A DNA stretch of 64,000 nucleotides from Phormidium sp. (GTDB lineage: Bacteria; Cyanobacteriota; Cyanobacteriia; Cyanobacteriales; Aerosakkonemataceae): assembly GCA_051013385.1 (NCBI GenBank), contig CP143273.1:1920001-1984000 (forward strand), given 5' to 3'. How positions within the stretch are numbered: the first letter of the stretch is position 1; each line of letters opens with the position of its first letter. Of the stretch, positions 30,978 through 41,723 are shown piece by piece. Position numbers and translations under genes: made by a program. The notes under the pieces are model-generated. The model saw only the letters and a list, made by a program, of their open reading frames with translations. It searched no databases and had not been told where the DNA came from.

Positions 30978-32513
30978 TTAACTGACAGCAGCTAGTTTTG
31001 TTAGTCCACCATGATAGTTAATTAATTTAGATTCAGCTTTGCCAATTTGAGCTAACCGAAATTGCCACTCAGAAATCTCTTCATAACTGAGGTGGTGGGT
31101 GTCACAACAGGGTGTCCATAAACCACCAACAATTGAGGGATCGTCAAAGCGCAATAAACCAGATTTGCGGATGGTTTCGCCTTGGGGTGTTCCGGGTATG
31201 GGAGAAATGGAATAGGATGCGACTTGAAATTCTAAGTCTGGGTTAATTTCTCTGAGTTGTTGATGGAGTTCTAAAATTGCTTCTTCAAGACGAAGTAAAC
31301 TGTCGTGGTTGTCATCAGGAAACCCAATGATAAAACCATAGATAATTACGGGAAGTCCTACTCGAACGATCGCTCGCATCATCTCACAATGTTGTTGCCA
31401 AGGAAGAAGTTTGGCGTAAGATTCTCTGCCAAAAACTGGACGTTCAGCGGGAATGTAACCGAGAAAACCGCCAACTTTGCCATCCCATCCCCAAAGTGCT
31501 TCGATTAATTCTTCGTCAGGTGTGAGGTCTGTATGATCGTAGTTGCGTCCTCTGCCTAAAGTGGCTTTTCTCAGTTCTAAACCATTGGGCCACAAAAGCG
31601 GCATTCCCATTTCTCTTGCGCCTTTGGTAATTTCCAGAATCTCTTCTTTTCCACCGGGAAACAAAACTCGACCCAGAAATTGATCGGACCCCATAACCGT
31701 ACATTTTGCCCCAGCTTCTTTCTGACGCGCAATCCAATTTAGAGTGGTTTCAGGTGACATCCGGCGATAACCTGATGTGTAGGTTGGGGTTTGGCAAAAG
31801 TCACATTTGCGATCGCACCCAATGTCAGGATAAACTGAGCCGATCGGTACAAGTTGTTCCACAAAAGGTTCTTCGGAATATTCTTGACCCAAACATTGCC
31901 TTGCTACTTCCACTGATGGTAGTGCCCACTCATCTGGACTCATGGCTTTAGTACGGGTAGGATGATAACGACCATCAGCCAAAATCACACCTGTGAGATT
32001 TTCGCGTGGGGTTTTTCCTAACACATAGTCGAAAACGGGCCAATTAGCAGCACCAGATTTGTCAATTACGATCGCTGTTGCACCCGCGTTCAGGTAATGC
32101 TGGGGTTCAGCAATGGCATCGGAACCGCCGACGACAACGGGTTTGCCTTTGCTGGCTAGATGTGCGATCGTCATACAGGTAACTTGGCGTTCTTGGGTGT
32201 AGTTAACTGTCACTCCCCAAGCATCATAAGCTTCTGGATCTAAATCAAAAATTCTCCCTCCAACATAAGCTTTGGTGAGATTCATACCTTTCCAAGTCAC
32301 TTCTCCGAAAGGTTCTCGACAATCACCATCTTTAAGATTAACTAATTGAGCATCAAAACCACCCGCTTGCAGATCCGCCATTAAAACCTGCTTACTGAGC
32401 AAAGTATTCTTTCTGTATAATGCCGTCCAATTATGTCCTTCTTCGTCATACAATCCCAGCGCAGGTACTTCTACTAGTCCAATTGTCGAAGCCTTTTTTG
32501 ATGGTGATGCCAT
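30978..32513 (-). CDS. Cobalamin-binding radical SAM protein
   Basis: VVVGGSDA (B12-domain strand), GCDRKCDFC (CxxxCxxC), FIIGFP and PIPGT motifs. Confidence 0.85.
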   Translation of the reverse strand: MASPSKKASTIGLVEVPALGLYDEEGHNWTALYRKNTLLSKQVLMADLQAGGFDAQLVNLKDGDCREPFGEVTWKGMNLTKAYVGGRIFDLDPEAYDAWGVTVNYTQERQVTCMTIAHLASKGKPVVVGGSDAIAEPQHYLNAGATAIVIDKSGAANWPVFDYVLGKTPRENLTGVILADGRYHPTRTKAMSPDEWALPSVEVARQCLGQEYSEEPFVEQLVPIGSVYPDIGCDRKCDFCQTPTYTSGYRRMSPETTLNWIARQKEAGAKCTVMGSDQFLGRVLFPGGKEEILEITKGAREMGMPLLWPNGLELRKATLGRGRNYDHTDLTPDEELIEALWGWDGKVGGFLGYIPAERPVFGRESYAKLLPWQQHCEMMRAIVRVGLPVIIYGFIIGFPDDNHDSLLRLEEAILELHQQLREINPDLEFQVASYSISPIPGTPQGETIRKSGLLRFDDPSIVGGLWTPCCDTHHLSYEEISEWQFRLAQIGKAESKLINYHGGLTKLAAVS

Positions 32514-32606
32514 GCGAATCTCCTAAAAAAGTAAGGAAAAACATGAAATATTCTTACCAATATAGAATAAACTTGAGAAATAGGGAAGCATGAGTTTTTA
32601 CCTATT

Positions 32607-32675
32607 AGACCTCTCCAAAAAAGATTGTAGAGACGTTGTATACAACGTCTCTACAATCTTTTCTGGAGATGTCTA
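32607..32675. repeat. MITE-like element with internal GTAG palindrome
   Basis: TAGACCTCTCCA...TGGAGATGTCTA enclosing GTAGAGACGTTGTATACAACGTCTCTAC. Confidence 0.65.
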
Positions 32676-32708
32676 TTAGTTAACTAATAAACTGATATGG
32701 ATGCCAAA

Positions 32709-33060
32709 TTAATCTTCGCTACTTTCCTTGACAGCAGGAAGCAGAATACCTTCCCGCAACAAGGTATCCATAAACTTCTTTCGCAGAATGCGCTGGATCT
32801 GAAGATGTTTTCCCGGTTTCACTTTGGTTAAAGTTCGCAATAATAAATTAGATTCGCCAAGACTTTCTACGCCATCTATTTGTGTGGGTTCGACTACATC
32901 TGGAATAATTTGCGTTTAATTGTTGTCCTATTTCTTCTATTACTTGATAGATCTGAACCAAATTAGAGTTAGAAGGTACGGCAACTTCGACTACGGCAAA
33001 AATGTATTGTTTGGAGTAATTGGTAATTGATCTAAACCAACGGTGAAATAAATTAAGTAT
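32709..33060 (-). pseudogene. Remnant copy of the mscS 3' end
   Basis: Diverged copy of about 36174-36496, joined directly to a piece matching about 36773-36801. Confidence 0.85.
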
Positions 33061-33109
33061 CGGGAGTTAAAACATTTTTAACTCCCGTTAATTCTATCGA
33101 TAAAATACG

Positions 33110-35002
33110 TTACTTCCGTAAAATTAGTAGCTCGTGGTTGCAGCTTTTTAACACACTCATTCTTTCCTTGAAAACTTCTTGCCACATCTTTATAGCACAA
33201 TAGTTTTTGATGGGATTGTAATACAAATCATTATCTTCGACTCTGAGAACTACAGCAAAAATACCACCTGGTTTAAGAATCCGAATCAGTTCCTCAAAGC
33301 TTTCTAAAGGAACTTGATTGCGAGTAAAAACGCCAGTTGATACTAAAGCGTTAAACGTATTATCTGCAAAAGAAAGAGTGTTACCCAACTCTTCTAGATG
33401 CAAAGCATTGTATATCCCCTGGTCTTTTAATAGGTCTAAAGACTTTTGGCTAATATCCAGTCCTTGGAGATTTTTAAAGCCGTAAGAATTGAGTTCTCGA
33501 CCTAATAATCCTGTACCACACCCTATATCTAAAATTAAAGCATCTTTCTTTAAATAGGATCTGAGGGTGTAAGCAATATGGTTAAGTAAAACCGTCCAGC
33601 CGTTATCGTAATGTTCCTGGTCGTAAAATAATACCCAAGAATCGTATTTTCCCCTCACTTGTTCGAGGTTTTCAAAGTAATCTGTTAATCCATTTGGATA
33701 ATCTTGCTCATCATCTTTTTTCAATATTTTATACAGAACATCTTTGATAATATAGCCGATTAAATTGAGGTCGTCGAAATTAAAAGATGATGGCAATCTC
33801 AGATCGCAAGCCGAAGAAATAATCGATTCGGTTTTTTCTAGGCTGGGTATTTCCGTAAATGAGTATTGCCAGTTTTTGTAATAACGAGAATTATCGTCTC
33901 TGCCAAAAATCTGGATCGCCACACCCCTCTCGCTAGTTTGTTGTAAAAATTGATCTACCTGTTCTGAAGTTAATCCCAAAAGATTAAATTGCAAACTGTC
34001 AGGCGCACGTTTCACTTTTGACAAAGGAGAGGGAATATAAATATTTCTGACAGAACTGAGAATTTCTGCTAACCGATCGTACCTTTGTATACCTTGAAAT
34101 ATCTTGTCTTCTAAAAATTCTATTTGAGGTCTTAAGACAGCAGCAGTTAAGTTACTCATTCGCAAACTAAAATTAGGAACATGAGGCTTCAATTTTTCAA
34201 ATAAATCGTCATCATAAGGACGAGCCAGATGTTTTTTGTATAACTTTTCGTAAGAACCCGCTCCTAGAATACAATAGGCAGCAAATAGTGGATTATTAGT
34301 GGCAATTAAACCCCCTTCACCAGAGTTGAGTAATTTATAACTTTGGGTACTAAAGCAAGCAATTTCTCCATGATGTCCTACTAAGTTTCCATCCCATTCT
34401 GCACCCAGACTATGAGCGCAATCTTCTATTAAATAAATTCCCGCGTTGTCACAAATATTCTTGACAGCATCTAAATCTGAAATATGTCCTCTCATGTGAG
34501 ACAAAACAAAGAACTTTGCGTCTGGATGAGCTTCTACTTTAAGTTTTAAATCTTCAATATCAATTCCATATTCAGAGTTACACTCCACGTAGATCGGAAC
34601 TCCACCAGCATGAACAATACTACTAGGAACTGCTGTGAAGGTAAAAGAATTAGTCAATACTTTGTTTCCAGCTTTGACCCCTGTTGCTTTCAGGGCTAAA
34701 AAGAGCGCACTTCCACAGGAGTTAACTGCAATAACATAGTTATGTTTTGTGTAGAGACTAAATTCATATTCCAGTTTGGCTACTTCAGTTGCTAGTTCCT
34801 CATCTCCATCTTTTAACTCATAAGGCTGGCTATAATTGCTCAAATCATCTGAAAAATTATAGCGATAAAGTCTTCCTTTTTGCATCAATTTTATTGCTTG
34901 CTCAATACCTGTTTGAGGAATTGGATCGGGAGTTTTGAAACTTTTATTAAATTTAATCAATGATTTTTGTTCTTTTTTTGATGCGATCGGGTTAAATTTC
35001 AT
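33110..35002 (-). CDS. DegT/DnrJ-family PLP enzyme fused to a class I SAM methyltransferase
   Basis: EDCAHSLG and STQSYKLLNSGEGG (PLP lysine); C-terminal ILDIGCGTG and RILKPGG. Confidence 0.85.
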   Translation of the reverse strand: MKFNPIASKKEQKSLIKFNKSFKTPDPIPQTGIEQAIKLMQKGRLYRYNFSDDLSNYSQPYELKDGDEELATEVAKLEYEFSLYTKHNYVIAVNSCGSALFLALKATGVKAGNKVLTNSFTFTAVPSSIVHAGGVPIYVECNSEYGIDIEDLKLKVEAHPDAKFFVLSHMRGHISDLDAVKNICDNAGIYLIEDCAHSLGAEWDGNLVGHHGEIACFSTQSYKLLNSGEGGLIATNNPLFAAYCILGAGSYEKLYKKHLARPYDDDLFEKLKPHVPNFSLRMSNLTAAVLRPQIEFLEDKIFQGIQRYDRLAEILSSVRNIYIPSPLSKVKRAPDSLQFNLLGLTSEQVDQFLQQTSERGVAIQIFGRDDNSRYYKNWQYSFTEIPSLEKTESIISSACDLRLPSSFNFDDLNLIGYIIKDVLYKILKKDDEQDYPNGLTDYFENLEQVRGKYDSWVLFYDQEHYDNGWTVLLNHIAYTLRSYLKKDALILDIGCGTGLLGRELNSYGFKNLQGLDISQKSLDLLKDQGIYNALHLEELGNTLSFADNTFNALVSTGVFTRNQVPLESFEELIRILKPGGIFAVVLRVEDNDLYYNPIKNYCAIKMWQEVFKERMSVLKSCNHELLILRK

Positions 35003-35159
35003 TTTTGATCGTCCCCTGGTCGATAATTTTCCAACGAATTAAAAACAGTATGATGCTATTTCCGCAAAAGGAACATTCCAAAATTCCAACTTTTTAATGT
35101 CTGAATAATCGACAAAATAGAGTATATTTGGGGAATTATGGCCGATAATCTGATCATGT

Positions 35160-36167
35160 ATGTCGATCTCTAGGATCTGTGAAAGCCAACCTGACTCGGC
35201 TCCTGTTGTCGTGACGCGCCAATTCGACGATATTGATGTTTGGGCCCAAGCCATCAAACATTTGAATGTTACTGGCAACCAGTTAACCTCTGGTCAGTTT
35301 GTGGGGAGAGTTAATTTGGCAGACTTGGAGAGCGTGAAGTTTACTGACGTTACCTATAATCAAGCGATGAGAATAAAGGGGTTAAAAAATCCTCATCTCC
35401 TGGCATTTACGATCGCACTTCAAGGCGATCAGACACAGGTACTGTCTCATGGTTGTCCGATCAAAAAACACGACCTATTTGGTTTCGATCCAACGAGAGA
35501 AATTGATATGACGGCAGGGAAAGACGCTCACATAGTCGTCGCCAAGGTTAATTTGACAGTTTTCCAGTCCCTAGCCGAGCAAATGGGATACCATGACTTA
35601 GGGCAAAAGTTTCTCCAGCAAAATTCACTCCATTTCCATCCCGCTTCATTTCGCCATCTCAGAGCTTATTATCAGCAAGTCTCTCAAATGTTTATTCATC
35701 AACCATCATTATTAATGGAGTCGCAAGCCCAATCCCACATCGTCGAAAATTTCTTGCCGTTGCTGATGGATACGATCACAGCAGGTATCCGACAAAAAAA
35801 GCCGATCATAAAAACTTTACGCCGTTACCCGATCGTCAAAAAAGCCGAAGAAATTGCCCAATCTTATATTGACAAACCCTTAACCCTTAAACAATTGTGC
35901 GACGCATTGGAAACTAGCAGTAGCGCCTTATGTTATGGATTTCAAGACATTTTTGGCATGAGTCCAATGGCCTATATCAAGATTCAACGACTCAATGGAG
36001 TACGTCGCACTTTAAAAAATGCTGACCCTGAGACAATAATGGTGATGCAGGTGGCTCATAAGTGGGGATTTTGGAGTTCAGGGCATTTTTCTAGAGATTA
36101 CCAACAAATGTTCGGTGAATTACCATCAGAAACGCTGCGACAACAGTCTCAAATCAGAACAAACTAA
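35160..36167 (+). CDS. AraC family transcriptional regulator (EutR-like)
   Basis: FGMSPMAY...RL and WGFWSSGHFSRDY..MFGELPSETL motifs. Confidence 0.9.
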   Translation: MSISRICESQPDSAPVVVTRQFDDIDVWAQAIKHLNVTGNQLTSGQFVGRVNLADLESVKFTDVTYNQAMRIKGLKNPHLLAFTIALQGDQTQVLSHGCPIKKHDLFGFDPTREIDMTAGKDAHIVVAKVNLTVFQSLAEQMGYHDLGQKFLQQNSLHFHPASFRHLRAYYQQVSQMFIHQPSLLMESQAQSHIVENFLPLLMDTITAGIRQKKPIIKTLRRYPIVKKAEEIAQSYIDKPLTLKQLCDALETSSSALCYGFQDIFGMSPMAYIKIQRLNGVRRTLKNADPETIMVMQVAHKWGFWSSGHFSRDYQQMFGELPSETLRQQSQIRTN

Positions 36168-36173
36168 TCAGCA

Positions 36174-37760
36174 TTAATCTTCGCTACTTTCCCTAGAAGC
36201 AGGAAGCAGAATACCTTCCCGCAACAAGGTATCCATAAAATTCTTTCGCAGAATGCGCTGGATTTGAAGATGTTTTCCCGGCTTCACTTTGGTTAAAGTT
36301 CGTAGCAATAAGTTAGATTCGCCTAGACTTTCTACGCCATCTATTTGTGTGGGTTCGAGTACATCTGGATAATCTGTTTTTAACTGTTGTCCTACCGACT
36401 CAATTACTTGATAAACATGAACAAAATCAGAATTATATGGTACGTCAACTTCTACTACGGCAAAGATATATCCTTTGGAATAATTAGTAATTGATCCCAT
36501 CTCGCCGTTGCGAATAATTTGTAATTGACCATTGGGATGTCGGATGCGGGTGGTTCTTAGTTCGATCGCTTCCACAACACCCTCTAATTTTGTGTCTTCG
36601 TCTTTTCTCAACTCCACATAGTCACCCACTAAATAGTAGTTTTCAAACAGAATAAAGAAGCCGCTAACTATATCGTTGATTAGTGCTTGTGCGCCTAAAC
36701 CTACGGCTATACCAACAATACCTGCACCCGCTAGTATGGGAGTTGGATTAATATCGAGAGTGTAAAGGATGGAAACCCCAACGGTGAAATAAATTAAGTA
36801 TTGTAATAGACTGCGAAACAAGGGAATCAAAGTTAAGCGTCTGCTTCTTTGGATATCCGTCAAGTCTTTCTCTTTAAATACTATTTCCTCTACGAATAAA
36901 TAGACGACTTCAAAAATTACCTGACTTAAGAAAATCATGGCAATGATTTTGAGCATTCGCACACCAAAATCGGACATTTTGGCGATCGACTCTACCTGCT
37001 GAACTACCAATGTGGCGATGCAGACGTAAATGACAAATTCTAAACATCGCTTGAAAAATGGAATCAGGTGTCGGAGGCGATCGTAGAATCTTAACCAGTT
37101 ATCAGGACTAGAGTATTTAACAGTGAGAGCATCGAAAATATCAACGACTGAGGCGACTGCTTTGAGGATGAGTAATCCCACAGCAGTTATTAAATAGATT
37201 CTGAGTGCGATCGACAAATATTCCGAAACTATTACTGGTAATTTGAGAAACAGAGTACAACAAATGAACACCCATAACCAAATTCCCGATTTGATTCTTT
37301 GATAAAGAGTATTGAAGAAAGCATCAATAATATCATCGTCGGCAGTACTTCTTTCTATGGTTTTGGCGCGATTACTCACTACTTTCAAACTATATTTGAG
37401 TAATTTGAGTGCGATCGCTGCGACAATTATTGCGCCAATACTTTGAGCAATACCAATTCCCAGTGTAACCCAAAATCCTGCCGGGATTTGCCCAATCAAG
37501 TCTAGCGTATATTTTTGCAGGTCTTGACCTTGATAAATCAAGAAACCATTAACACCTATAATCAAAATACACAAGACCGCACCAACAAGTAACAACAATC
37601 CTGTAATGTTCCGACGCAGGATTTTGATTTGGCGCTCATTTAAATTAAATATTGAAAATTTAATCAACAGCTTGGATAAATTTCCGACCAGCCAAATCAA
37701 GAATAAAAAAGTAATTATTACCAGTCCAACTTCCGCCAATATAATTAATATGTTGCTCAT
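36174..37760 (-). CDS. MscS-family mechanosensitive channel
   Basis: Several TM helices; GIAVGLGAQ-x-LINDIVSGFFILFE...VGD motif. Confidence 0.9.
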   Translation of the reverse strand: MSNILIILAEVGLVIITFLFLIWLVGNLSKLLIKFSIFNLNERQIKILRRNITGLLLLVGAVLCILIIGVNGFLIYQGQDLQKYTLDLIGQIPAGFWVTLGIGIAQSIGAIIVAAIALKLLKYSLKVVSNRAKTIERSTADDDIIDAFFNTLYQRIKSGIWLWVFICCTLFLKLPVIVSEYLSIALRIYLITAVGLLILKAVASVVDIFDALTVKYSSPDNWLRFYDRLRHLIPFFKRCLEFVIYVCIATLVVQQVESIAKMSDFGVRMLKIIAMIFLSQVIFEVVYLFVEEIVFKEKDLTDIQRSRRLTLIPLFRSLLQYLIYFTVGVSILYTLDINPTPILAGAGIVGIAVGLGAQALINDIVSGFFILFENYYLVGDYVELRKDEDTKLEGVVEAIELRTTRIRHPNGQLQIIRNGEMGSITNYSKGYIFAVVEVDVPYNSDFVHVYQVIESVGQQLKTDYPDVLEPTQIDGVESLGESNLLLRTLTKVKPGKHLQIQRILRKNFMDTLLREGILLPASRESSED

Positions 37761-37885
37761 TTTTACCCCACAATTATTTGATTTTTATCATTGGATTTTC
37801 TGCTCTTTTTTATCAAGTCTTGGAGGAAAAGTAGGTGCGAGATTTTTCCTCCTCTAACTAACCTACTTTTCTCGAAATTTTCACT

Positions 37886-39004
37886 CTAATTATTGGCTGC
37901 TTTTTGAGACTGTTTATATTTTTCTGGCTCAGTTCGGAGCTCCACATACAAGAAATTGATGCCCTCTAGCTCTAACAGTTCTAAAATAGCTAGATTTAAA
38001 TTTCTCTCAGCATCAAAGTAGAGATTTTCATCATTAACAAAGGCAACGACTTTAATGACACGGGCATTATTTTCAATGTGACTAAATCGAACAATCATCT
38101 CTGAGGATAAACCCTTAATAGATGAAGGCATTTCTCGAATTGCGTTGCAGATTCTGGCGGTTTGCTTGGCTGAAATATTATCAATCTTGAGGGTTAAACT
38201 AAGACCCCATTTTAATTCCTTACCCGGATTTTGTGACCAATTTTCTACGATTCCCGTAATCATTCTCGAGTTGGGCATTTTCACAATCGAACCCCACTGA
38301 TAGACATGGAGGGTTGTAGTTCTAAATCCAATACTCATGATTTGTACAAAACCCTGCAATCCGACAACTGAAACCCAATCCCCTTCTCGATAGAGATTAT
38401 CGGAGTAGATAATAATTGTACAAAACCAGTCATAAACTATATCTTTCAACAACAAACCTAAAGTAATACCAGCACCACCTAATAAACCAACTAGTGCTGC
38501 TGCGGATTGTCCTAAAAAGATTTCACTGACCTTAATCGCGATGACGATAACTGCTGCCGATTGAAAAATCTTTGGCATCAAAGGTCTGAGTAATTCATCC
38601 AACTCTGTGTCACTATGTAGCAACACATTAGCAATTATTTGCCCAAATATAGAAGCCGATCGGAAAACCGCATAAGCAATTATGAAAACGACTATCAAAT
38701 TGAGCGCCCTGCCAACTGTTTCGCTCAATTGCGGCCCTAATTCCTGTGCCAGAATTTCCTTGACAATCCACAGTCCACCAATCAGAATTAACCAACTTAA
38801 AGAAGGTTTGAGAATCGCAATTAATTCATCATCGAGGGTGGTCTTGGTTTTGCGAGTCAAGCGCTCAATAGTTTTAACTATAGCTGCAATCACAAATCGT
38901 CTCAACGTTTGTGTCAGCGTCAATATGATAATGACAGCAACTATTTTGCCAATGGGTACGCCAGAATAATCGAGATTTTTCAGCGTGTCTAAAATTGCTT
39001 GCAT
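37886..39004 (-). CDS. MscS-family mechanosensitive channel
   Basis: TLDDEL, GDWV, IGFRTT and PNS...VENWS motifs. Confidence 0.85.
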   Translation of the reverse strand: MQAILDTLKNLDYSGVPIGKIVAVIIILTLTQTLRRFVIAAIVKTIERLTRKTKTTLDDELIAILKPSLSWLILIGGLWIVKEILAQELGPQLSETVGRALNLIVVFIIAYAVFRSASIFGQIIANVLLHSDTELDELLRPLMPKIFQSAAVIVIAIKVSEIFLGQSAAALVGLLGGAGITLGLLLKDIVYDWFCTIIIYSDNLYREGDWVSVVGLQGFVQIMSIGFRTTTLHVYQWGSIVKMPNSRMITGIVENWSQNPGKELKWGLSLTLKIDNISAKQTARICNAIREMPSSIKGLSSEMIVRFSHIENNARVIKVVAFVNDENLYFDAERNLNLAILELLELEGINFLYVELRTEPEKYKQSQKAANN

Positions 39005-39106
39005 ACGCTTTCCTCAGCTTGAAACGAAACTTTGAAATCTAAAACTTCTTAGATAGTGTAAATACTTAATACTGAATTAAGTATCAAGAGCAAATCAGGG
39101 TTACTG

Positions 39107-39222
39107 ATATCATGTCCGCTTGATTACCCATAATTCCCATTGCTCACCAACCCGCCTACGGCACCCCTCCCCGTCAACGGGTAGGGGTTGTGTTATGAGG
39201 CGTAATCTACCGGAAATGATAT
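39107..39222. repeat. MITE-like element
   Basis: ATATCATGTCCG-x-TTGATTAC ... GTAATCTACCGGAAATGATAT termini with an internal CCCCTCCCCGTCAACGGGTAGGGG hairpin. Confidence 0.6.
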
Positions 39223-39430
39223 GAGTCAGTGAAATGCTGGACTGCACCAGATGATATCCATCTGGATTTGCTAAATGTTATTGTTGATACCAAGACCATT
39301 AATACTGTAGTGGAAAAATATAAGAAAAATATAAGAAAAATATAAGATGAAGAAAATTCTCAATTTTTTTCATCTTATATTTTTCCTGCCAACGCATTTT
39401 CTGTTTACAGCCGAGTATAATCGCCAGCGT

Positions 39431-40234
39431 TCACTTCAAACTTGCCAATGCAATCTTTGTGTCCTGGGAAGAAGCTTCACTAACCATCCCTGAATATTCC
39501 CCGTTATAGTTGGTAAATTCAGACGGTGCTTTGCGAATATTAGATAGACGAATTTGCCAATCGGAAACCTCCTCATAACTAAGGTGATGAGTATTGGAAG
39601 TTGTTGTCCACACCCCCCAAAGACAGGTGTCTTCAAACTGTAACAGTCCTGCCTTCCGTAAGCTTTGGGCTTGCCCAGTTCCAGGCAAGGGAATAATGCT
39701 GTAGCAAGAAGTCTGAAATTCCAATTTCGGGTTAATTTCTACTAGTTCATCCACCAGTTCTGCGATCGCTTCCTCAAGACGTAACAAGTCCTCATGGTCA
39801 TCATCGGGTAGCCCGATAATAATGCCATAACCAATCACAGGTACACCAGTTCTGACTACAGATTTCATCAAAGTACAATGCTCTTGCCAGGGCAGGAGCT
39901 TTTTGTAGGCTTCTCGTCCAAACACGGGACGTTCGGCAGGAATATAAGCCAAAAGACAACCGACTTTGCCATCCCAGCCAAACAGTGCTTCAATCAGTTC
40001 TTCGTCAGGTCTGAGGTCGCTACTTTCGTAGTTACGCCCAGCGCCGAGAGTTGTTTTTCTCAGTTCTAAACCATTGGGCCAGATGAGAGTTATTCCCATT
40101 TCCCGCGCACCATTGGTAATTTCCAGGATCTCTTGTCGCCCTTCGGGAAAGAGTCCACGAGCGAGGAATTGATCTGACCCTATATTGATCGATCGCGCCC
40201 CTGCTTCTTTCTGGATCTCCAACCTGGCGATCGC
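39431..40234 (-). pseudogene. C-terminal half of a second B12 radical SAM paralog
   Basis: Closely similar to the C-terminal half of 30978-32513 (WPNGLELRK, YIPAERPVFGRE); lacks the B12 domain and CxxxCxxC; similarity ends at HIP1 40227-40234. Confidence 0.85.
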
Positions 40235-40260
40235 AGAACATCTGCATAGCACCTAATTAC

Positions 40261-41715
40261 CTAAAATGTCGGATGAATGCCCCCGTTACAGCGCAGCTTA
40301 ACGGGGGATGAAATCCGACCAGCTAACTCAGAAGCGTAGCAACGATTTAATTCTACCATTCATGGGTAAAGCGTGTTAAACTAAGGCTAATCCAAGGTCG
40401 AGGACAAGTAGATGTTAGTTGTAGAAGCCAAGCTAAAAAACGGCACTCCAGAACAATACCAAAAGCTAGAAGAAGCCATCAGAACGGCGCAGTTCGTAAG
40501 AAACAAATGCGTGAAATATTGGATGGAGAACAAAGGAACCACAAGGAATGACCTACAGAAACTTTGTGCCGTTTTAGCCTCATATTCTACAACCCCTTGG
40601 GTAAACAAATTAAATTCACAAGCACGACAATCAAGTGCAGACCGAGCATGGAATTCCATTGCTCGGTTTTATGCTAACTGTCGGGATTCGTCAATTAAAA
40701 AGAAAGGCTTTCCTAAGTTCAAGAAGTTTAGTAGATCGGTAGAATATAAAACCACTGGCTACAAACTTTCTGATGATAGGAAACAAATCACCTTCACTGA
40801 TGGATTCAAGGCAGGAACATTTGACTTGTGGTGTTCGCAGAAAACCATCGTCTACTATTCAGAACAGCAAATTAAGCGGTTAAGAGTAGTAAGACGTGCT
40901 GATGGCTATTACTGTCAATTTGTGATTGACCATGAGCGGGAAGAGAAACACGAGTTCACTGGCTCTGTGGTGGGAATTGATTTAGGACTTAAGGAGTTTT
41001 ATACCGATTCCAATGGCAACACAGTAGAAAATCCTCGCTTTTCCCGTAAAACAGAAAAACGCTTGAGAAAAGCCCAACGTAGGCTATCTAAGCGTTATAA
41101 AAGAGGTCAAAAACAATCAGCTAATTATCACAAGCAACGGCAAAAAGTTGCCTTATTACACTTAAAAGTTTCTCGACAACGTAAAGACAGAAGCATTAAA
41201 GACGCTCTGGCGTTAGTCCAATCTAATGATTTGGTAGTCTATGAAGCTTTGAAAGTGTCTAATTTGGTGAAAAATCACAAGCTAGCGAAAAGCATCAGCG
41301 ATGCTTCTTGGTATCAGTTCATCCAATGGGTAAATTATTTCGCCAAGATTCATAAGATAACTTGCATCGCTGTACCACCACAATTCACGACGATTGATTG
41401 TTCAGTTTGTGGGGCAAAGGTTTATAAGACTTTGAGTACTAGAACTCATCAATGCCCCTACTGTAAAACAGTTTTAGATCGGGATTGGAACGCAGCAATT
41501 AATATTTTGAAAAAAGGGTTGAAATACTTAGGGGAATACCTTAACGGTACTGTTGGGCAAACAGGAACCGACCTAAACGACTGGGGAGAATCCGACCTAT
41601 GGGTCTTCAATAGAGATATTGAGGATTTAAGTCGTTTCGTTGAACCAGTAATCCCAAGAAGTGATTCTGGGAGAATCCCCCGTCACAGCGAAGCTTGACG
41701 GTGGGAGTATGTCAA
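40261..41715 (+). mobile_element. IS200/IS605-family element, tnpB only
   Basis: Preceded by TTAC (40257-40260); left-end hairpin 40268-40319; matching right-end hairpin; ends in TCAA (41712-41715). Confidence 0.8.
40412..41698 (+). CDS. tnpB: RNA-guided endonuclease TnpB
   Basis: RuvC motifs GIDLG, VVYE and DRDWNAA; zinc finger CSVC / CPYC. Confidence 0.92.
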   Translation: MLVVEAKLKNGTPEQYQKLEEAIRTAQFVRNKCVKYWMENKGTTRNDLQKLCAVLASYSTTPWVNKLNSQARQSSADRAWNSIARFYANCRDSSIKKKGFPKFKKFSRSVEYKTTGYKLSDDRKQITFTDGFKAGTFDLWCSQKTIVYYSEQQIKRLRVVRRADGYYCQFVIDHEREEKHEFTGSVVGIDLGLKEFYTDSNGNTVENPRFSRKTEKRLRKAQRRLSKRYKRGQKQSANYHKQRQKVALLHLKVSRQRKDRSIKDALALVQSNDLVVYEALKVSNLVKNHKLAKSISDASWYQFIQWVNYFAKIHKITCIAVPPQFTTIDCSVCGAKVYKTLSTRTHQCPYCKTVLDRDWNAAINILKKGLKYLGEYLNGTVGQTGTDLNDWGESDLWVFNRDIEDLSRFVEPVIPRSDSGRIPRHSEA

Positions 41716-41723
41716 TCTTCTTC

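Noticed and set aside
40261..41715. IS insertion splitting the second radical SAM gene
   Set aside because: The missing 5' half is not on the other side of the element, and the truncation point lies outside the inferred IS end.
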